This document shows, piece after piece, positions 56,921 through 64,000 of a stretch of 64,000 nucleotides of DNA. Source of the DNA: Octopus vulgaris (taxonomy: Eukaryota); NCBI GenBank assembly GCA_951406725.2, contig OX597819.1, positions 50,096,001-50,160,000 on the forward strand, in the 5' to 3' direction. Both the position numbers and the translations under genes were made by a program. The notes beneath the pieces were generated by a model. It ran no database searches. It was given only the letters and a program-made list of their open reading frames with translations, and was not told the origin of the DNA. Within the stretch, counting starts at the first letter, position 1. Each line of letters opens with the position of its first letter.

Positions 56921-57036
56921 TAACTTTTCAATATTATTTTATTAATTTGCTTCATTCCTCTTTTGTCCAAGCCTAACGAATGTACAAATAGAGTCAAAAG
57001 AATTTTCCAACAAAGTCCCTCTTTCTCTTTCTCTCA

Positions 57037-57068
<32 letters not shown>

Positions 57069-57838
57069 TTCTCTATCTCTCTCTCTGTCTTCCTCTACCA
57101 ACACCACCAGTAGTATAAGTTCTACTATCAACAGTACCAACCATTATCAAAAGCAGCAGCAGCAGCAGCAGCAGCACCACCACCACCACCACCACCACCA
57201 AAACCACCACCACCACCAACACCACCACGAGCACGCCCACGACCACGAGCACGACGACGACGACGACGACGACCACCACCACCACCATCACCACCACCAC
57301 CACCATCACCACCACCACCACCACCACCACCACCACCACCACCACCACCACCACCACCACCACCACCAACAACAACAACTACCATCATCGCCACCAACAC
57401 CACTACTACCGCCAATTTACATTACTGCACGCTCATAGAAAATCGCTAAAAACCGTCTCTAAGAACCGATAATAATATCTTCTAATCAAATGTCTATATT
57501 TCTTTGAATAGCTTTTATGAACAAAAAATATTGGCCCCTCTCGCAACATGTTTACATTTGTTTAATTGATAGAGTTTCGAGATTTCTGAATCCTCTTTCC
57601 AATGAAAGGAATCGGATTACTTTTCGATGAAGCTTAAAACGGATTAAAGAAGTATAATAACACACAGTTAATAACCATAGGAAATCACCAACTTAACGCT
57701 GCGTCATACGTGTATGTTTAACATAGGTAGATGTGAATGTTACATGTCGACGTTAAGGAATTACTGTGTATGTCATGTCTATGTTTGTGTGTATGCATGA
57801 ATGTACGCACACACACGCACACACACACGCGCACACAC

Positions 57839-57869
<31 letters not shown>

Positions 57870-57994
57870 TATGTAGAATAGATCAGAATTCAATTTAACT
57901 ATATATATGTATGCATGCATGCATGTGTATATACATATACATGTATATATGTGGTTATGTATGTGTATACATATGTATGTATATATGTATATAC

Positions 57995-58104
<110 letters not shown>

Positions 58105-58105
58105 G

Positions 58106-58163
<58 letters not shown>

Positions 58164-58529
58164 CGCACACACATTACAATGAATACATAATTATGAACAC
58201 ACACACATATCATATATGCATATATATCTGTGTGTGTGTGTGTTTGTATATATGTGTGTGTGTATGTGTGTGTGCGCACCTACATAGTAATTATATAAAC
58301 CAGCCAAATTTAACTCCGTTGATTCAAAAAATTTACGAACAGCCTCAATCGATTTTCGATCTTTATTGAGGTCTCATCAGGTGTATCTACACCACTTGAT
58401 CAATTCCAGAGAAATAAGCAGCCAGACTTTCTCTATGCACAACATATCTGATACTTCAGAGAACTGGAGCTTGATTGAATACCAGCGGCCTGTCAACGGG
58501 GCTGTCAGTTCATACTTGATGACGAGGAG

Positions 58530-58765
58530 CACCTGTTTCTTTACTACCAACAAGGGGTTAAACACAGAGAGGACAAACAAGGGCAGACAAACGGATTAAG
58601 TCGATTATATCGACCCCAGTGCGTAACTGGTACTTATTTAATCGACCCCGAAAGGATGAAAGGCAAAGTCGACGTCGGCTGAATTTGAACTCAGAACGTA
58701 GCGGCAGACGAAATACCGCTAAGCATTTCGCCCGGCGTGCTAACGTTTCTGCCAGCTCGCCGCCT
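58530..58765 (-). mobile_element. Full-length SINE family A (tail A)
   Basis: Reverse complement of the 37562-37783 type. Confidence 0.9.
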
Positions 58766-58859
58766 TCTACTATATCAATTTCCATCCTTATTGAGTTCCC
58801 ATCAGAAACGTCTATATCACTTAATCAATCCTTGGAAAGTAAGCTGCCAGTTTATAATA

Positions 58860-59329
58860 TTATTTTAAAGGCTGAAGTTGAACATCTTATCTGACCACCA
58901 CAGTCCCCTGATCTCAATATTACTGGACATTTATGGTGCATTTTGGAAAAACAAGGAGGTAAACGCTATCTTTCAGGATGATAATGCACACAGTTAAAGT
59001 TGTTACTGAACGGCACGAGGAACATTCTAGTGATGTTGAACATCTTACCTGGCCACCACAGTCCCCAGATCTCAATATTATTGAATATCTATGGTGCATT
59101 TTAGAAAAACAAGTACGGAGTCGATATCCTCCACCATCATCACTACAAGAACTGGAGACTGTTTTAGCAGAAGAATGGACAAAAATTCCTTTGGAAACAA
59201 TTTAGATTTTGTATGAGTCCATAGCTCGTAGAATTCAAAATGTAATTACTGCCAAGGACGGTCCCACCCCATATGAAAATAAATTTGTTTGAAATTTTAA
59301 GGTGTTTCTATTATTTTGTCCAACCCCTG
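58860..59329 (+). mobile_element. Tc1 transposase 3' fragment with right TIR
   Basis: FQDDNA; WPPQSPDLNIIEYLW..LQELETVLAEEWTKIP; ends ATTTTGTCCAACCCCTG; the SPDLN segment is locally duplicated (about 58875-58955 vs 59032-59112). Confidence 0.85.
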
Positions 59330-59339
59330 GAGTTTGAAA

Positions 59340-59738
59340 TCATATGAAAAGATTTTCAGTGTAGAATGTTTGATGACATCTACTATGTCGTTGGTTTAAA
59401 TAATGAAGAGGAGTGGGCCCAACACAGTACCTTGTTGGACACCACTACTGACTTTGGCTGTACTGGATCGTATTCCCTCAAACACAACATGTTGAATTCT
59501 GTTCGTCAGGAAACATTTTATCTACTACAGCAGCTTTCCACGGACTCCATCTTGCACAGTTTCTTCAGCAGGATTTTGTGGTCCACTCGGTTAAATGCCT
59601 TGCTGAAAGCAAAGTATGTGACGTCAGTGTTGGAGCCCTCTCCCAACGCTTTTAAGATGTCATCAAAATGGTGCAGAATCTATGACAGGCAGTCCCTACT
59701 ATCACGGAGACCATGCTGGTTGGGGTTCAGCAGATTGT
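59340..59738 (-). mobile_element. CR1/L2-group LINE reverse-transcriptase fragment
   Basis: Minus strand NQHGL..FDDILKALGEGSNTDVTYFAFSKAFNRVDHKILLKKL..SGVQQGTVLGPLLFI. Confidence 0.85.
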
Positions 59739-59984
59739 TATATATATACATAATATATATATATATATACATGTATGCATACATATATCATAGAATCTGG
59801 TGATTCTGGTGGTGGTCTGTGTCTTTAAGGCTTGTATTATTGGGGAAAAAAGAGTACAGCGAAAATGCTGTATTGAGTGGCGTAACATGTCAAGAAGAAG
59901 AAAAAAGAACTGTAGTTTTACACTCTCCCATTTCGTTTTCCTTTCTTAGTTTTTCTCCCCTATTGCTTTTTTGTTGGAGGAGAA

Positions 59985-60069
<85 letters not shown>

Positions 60070-60269
60070 TAACATTGATTTGCGTTCCAATAACAGTCAG
60101 TTGCTCAAACACAACGCTCTTTTTACTGTTGTCGTCTTAAATCCGGAGTAAGACTGTTCGAAACGTTGGATACTTTACACTCTAAAAGAATTTTCACTGT
60201 ACTCCTTCTTCAGCTTTTCCGTACTCATACATATATGTGCATGTGTGTGCATACATACACATGAAGATA

Positions 60270-60326
<57 letters not shown>

Positions 60327-60384
60327 GTGTGTGTGTGTTATAAAGTTCGTGTTGTTCGTTATTTTCCAATAAATTTAACCCTAA

Positions 60385-60470
60385 TGAAAAAGTCTTTTAC
60401 ATTTCGAGCCTACGCTCTTCAACAGAAAGTAATAAGAGAAATAGAGGATGAAAAAGGAAAAAAATTATAT
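60385..60470 (-). mobile_element. Penelope-terminal-repeat-like fragment with degenerate hammerhead
   Basis: cttt-CTGTTGA-a-gagc-gtag-gctc-GAAAT-GTA-aaag. Confidence 0.5.
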
Positions 60471-60472
60471 AT

Positions 60473-60512
<40 letters not shown>

Positions 60513-60873
60513 ACACACACACACACATACATATATATATATACATATATATATATATACATATATATTTATATATATATATATTTACATACACACACAT
60601 ATGTATATATATATTTACACACATACACTCACATGTGTATATATATATATAAAGATATGTATAATACATGCATATATGTATGTTGTTTTTTTTCTTTTAG
60701 CTGTTCTTAGTTGTTCTTAAAAGATTCAAGTTGGTCGCTAACAAAGCCAGACTTTTTGAGTTAAGAGAGTTCCCAGTGTTTGTAAATATGTGATCGAGTC
60801 GGTGCGCTGGTTGAGCTATTTATACACACACACGCAACTGTGTGCTTCTGTTCACCTAAAGAATGTATGTATG

Positions 60874-60907
<34 letters not shown>

Positions 60908-62309
60908 TGTATGTATGTATGTATGTATGTATGTATGTATGTATCCATGTAACGAGATGGTGGACAGGAGAGAAAGGAGAAAGAGAAATAGAGAAGAAAA
61001 TATAGAATATGATATATAATGTATTCCAGTCCCAACTCTAATCTTTAATCAAGGATCTTGAATATGTGACGTCGACACTAAATCAGTGACCTAAACACCT
61101 TAATAAAACAGCATCGTTCTTTATGTTTGATCGTACACATTAACCAAAACACCCTTCTTTTAACCCTTAATTCTGCATGTAAATTACGTCTTTGAACCTT
61201 TTACCTGCACCTGCTACATTTCAAGGATCATATAACATCATTTAAATACAAGTTTTTCAAAATATACTTCAAAAAACCTTCTGTGCAACGACATCAGTTA
61301 AGATCGCCTTGATGACCCCATTTTTTTTACGACGTATAATAACACGTTGTACTCTGTACATGTCTTGACATGGGTGGATAAGAAGAGTTTATTCTGCATA
61401 CAAATAACTCCTCTTTAAAAAAAAAAATTTCTTTTGTTTGTTTTTAACATGAAACAAAATCAAACAGAAACGAAACATATTGTGTGTGATGTGATATCTC
61501 TTCAAAGTAAAACTATTTCTCTATTATTTTACTCCAGAAATATTGTTGCCAACAAGGTTTCCTCTTCATAAGACTGCTGCACTTGTGAATAGAAGCCATT
61601 ACTCTCCGAAATCGCATGCATCCTTCTGTCTGAAAAAAGATGAATGTTGTTTCATGTAGTCCTGTGCCTAACAAATACAGTAGCGATGATCATGGCTGGA
61701 ATGCCTTTAATTTTAGATTTGTTTCATCAATGCCAATCTGCCGGTTTACCAATAATTCTGCAGTATGCCAAACTTTGATTAGAAATGACATCTTTGAATG
61801 TTAAAAATTATTATACAGAAATTGTATCTTGAAATAGCCACGTTAGTAATGTAAAGCATACGCCACGCTTACACGCACGCGTGCGCACACACACATACAC
61901 TCTTTTTGATTTACACATACATACATACACACACGCACACACACATGCACACACACACACACACGCACACACACACACAAACACACACAGAGCTCTGAAA
62001 TTCATTTTTCATTTATTTCTGGAAATGATATTTTCGTTGCACCACTGCGACATGGTTACTGAAAGAAAACCCTCACTTGACCAATAGAGTTCCAGTAGAA
62101 TTGTGTCAGTGACTAGGTAGGAGAGATGCGGCGAAAATTTTGATAAAACCTAATTATGTATGAAAACTGAAATTAGCAAGGTTTTTTTTTTCCTGTATTT
62201 TTATACGACTAAAATGGCTACACCACGATGTAATTGACCGAATTTCAACACTGCGTCAAATCAAATCATTTAAAGGGAAAATACAACAATGAAATTGTTC
62301 TGCTGGCTT

Positions 62310-62450
62310 CAGGTCTTCCAGAGCGTTCGTCAATATCGACATTTTTTGGCCATCTTCTGAACTACTCATACACTTGTGTGCGGCTCATAAACTCCTCTCC
62401 TTACACTTTTTGCAACTTTGTGCAGGCCTCTGAGCAGGTATCGTCATGAC
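62310..62450 (-). mobile_element. Mariner transposase N-terminal fragment
   Basis: DTCSEACTKLQKV*GEEFMSRTQVYE..DGQKNVDIDERSGRP. Confidence 0.7.
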
Positions 62451-62691
62451 AACTTTCTCTTTCATAGTCAGTGCAACGATCACATGTTATACACGTTCCT
62501 TCCAAGAACTGCTGTAAATAGTGGAAGTAAGCTAAGACATTATAAACTTAGTGTGCACGCATATCAGAGTTCATGGTCAATTTGTGCCAAGCGGCTTTAC
62601 TCTGCGTGCTTTAGCTTCGTTGCTATGACAGAAGTCCGAATACTTATTGATCAGACCTGGTATCTAAGAATACGTTGTCCAAAAAGTATAA

Positions 62692-63555
62692 TATATCCAC
62701 TCATATTATAGCAGAGAATCTGCATTAAATTTTGTCAAAAGCTAGGCGATACCTGCTCTGATGTTTACGCAAAGTTTTAAAAATGTTTTTGGAGTGGCTG
62801 TGTGGTAAGTAGCTTGCTAACCAACCACACGGTTCCGGGTTCAGTCCCACTGCGTGGCATCTTGGGCAAGTGTCTTCTGCTATAGCCTCGGGCCGACCAA
62901 TGCCTTGTGAGTGGATTTGGTAGACGGAAACTGAAAGAAGCCTGTCGCATATATGTATATACATATATAAGTGTGTGTGTATATGTTTGTGTGTGTGTGT
63001 TTGTCCCCCTAGCATTGCTTGACAACCGATGCTGGTGTGTTTACGTCCCCGTCACATAGCGGTTCGGCAAAAGAGACCGATAGAATAAGTACTGGGCTTA
63101 CAAAGAATAAGTCCCGGGGTCGATTTGTTCGATTAAAGGCGGTGCTCCAGCATGGCCGCAGTCAAATGACTGAAACAATTAAAAGAGAAAAAGAGAAAAG
63201 TTACACGAATTCTGCAACCAGCAAACTGAGAAAAATATCGAATATGTGCTTGCAGCTGTGAGAGGATATCGTCGAATCGCCATCCATGAGTTATCAGAGG
63301 ATATGCAGATTAGTTACGATTCAGTTCAGTCCATTATCACTGAAGATTTTGGTATGAGACGTGTGTCTGCCAAGTTTGTTCCCAAACTGCTTTCAGCTGA
63401 CTAAAAGACACTCGGGTTTCAGTTGCACAAGATTTCCTTGGTTTTGTCGAGAATCGGTGAAAACTGTTTTAAAACTTTGCGTAAGCATCAGAGCAGGTAT
63501 CACCTAGCTTTTGACAAAATATAATGCAGATCTTCTGCTATAATATGAGTGATAT
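62692..63555 (+). mobile_element. Mariner-derived element with ~95-bp inverted repeats, interrupted by a SINE
   Basis: ICIKFCQKLGDTCS..RRIAIHELSEDMQISYDSVQSIITEDFGMRRVSAKFVPKLLS; 62692-62790 recurs inverted at 63460-63555. Confidence 0.8.
62791..63195 (+). mobile_element. SINE family B nested in the mariner relic
   Basis: Near full-length homology to 6700-7140. Confidence 0.9.
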
Positions 63556-64000
63556 TGGCTGCTATATATTGCTGGTCGTGCGGTCATATAGAGAGCTTCC
63601 CTCGTTCGCTCATGTAAGCAGAAATAAAGTGATAAAAATTGAACTAAGTTAAACTGAATCTAAGCATAATCTACGATTAGCTAGATTAGTAACACACCCT
63701 GTCAATCATATAAATTTTATGACTTATAATACTTTACAAGTGCAATAAATTACAACATTAATTCTTAATTAACACCTTTATGATTTATGTTGGTTCAATC
63801 GATAACGTTTATCTCACCTGCGATATCGATTTCTTAAATAGGGACCAAAATTATTGTTGAAGTATTTGTTAGTAGGGCGCTGCAAAATACAACTAGTATT
63901 AACGAAGAATGCTATACGGGGTCGCTTGACATGCTAAAAACATCAACGAAATTTCCCTCAAATCACATCCTACTGTCTGAAATAAGGATTCTCGGGAATA

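Noticed and set aside
55786-56976. Poly-K, poly-E, poly-L and poly-F ORFs
   Set aside because: These come from the (CTT)n tract; only the last ~90 aa of the minus-strand ORF is LINE sequence

Overview
This is AT-rich, microsatellite-saturated eukaryotic DNA. The SINE families and repeat landscape resemble an octopus (coleoid cephalopod) genome; that is an inference, not a database result. No host protein-coding gene is confidently supported, and most ORFs in the track are translations of (TA)n, (CA)n, (TATC)n, (TAA)n, (CTT)n or (CCA)n tracts. Recognisable content is a nested collection of mobile-element relics: six R4/Dong-like LINE fragments with a restriction-like endonuclease (RLE), a Tx1/L1-clade LINE 3' fragment inside (GATA)n, two CR1/L2-like fragments, a Penelope-like GIY-YIG fragment, Tc1 and mariner relics, pogo-like and hAT-like MITEs, a solo LTR with a 4-bp TSD, at least four tRNA-derived SINE families, and a near-perfect 829-bp tandem array. 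The most notable observations are: (1) a tRNA-headed SINE carrying a hammerhead ribozyme with an 8-bp TSD (31960-32232); (2) dispersed minimal Penelope-type hammerhead motifs, several with non-canonical cores; (3) a SINE 3' tail matching the Tx1 LINE 3' end; (4) long inverted repeats. Many boundaries of decayed elements are approximate.
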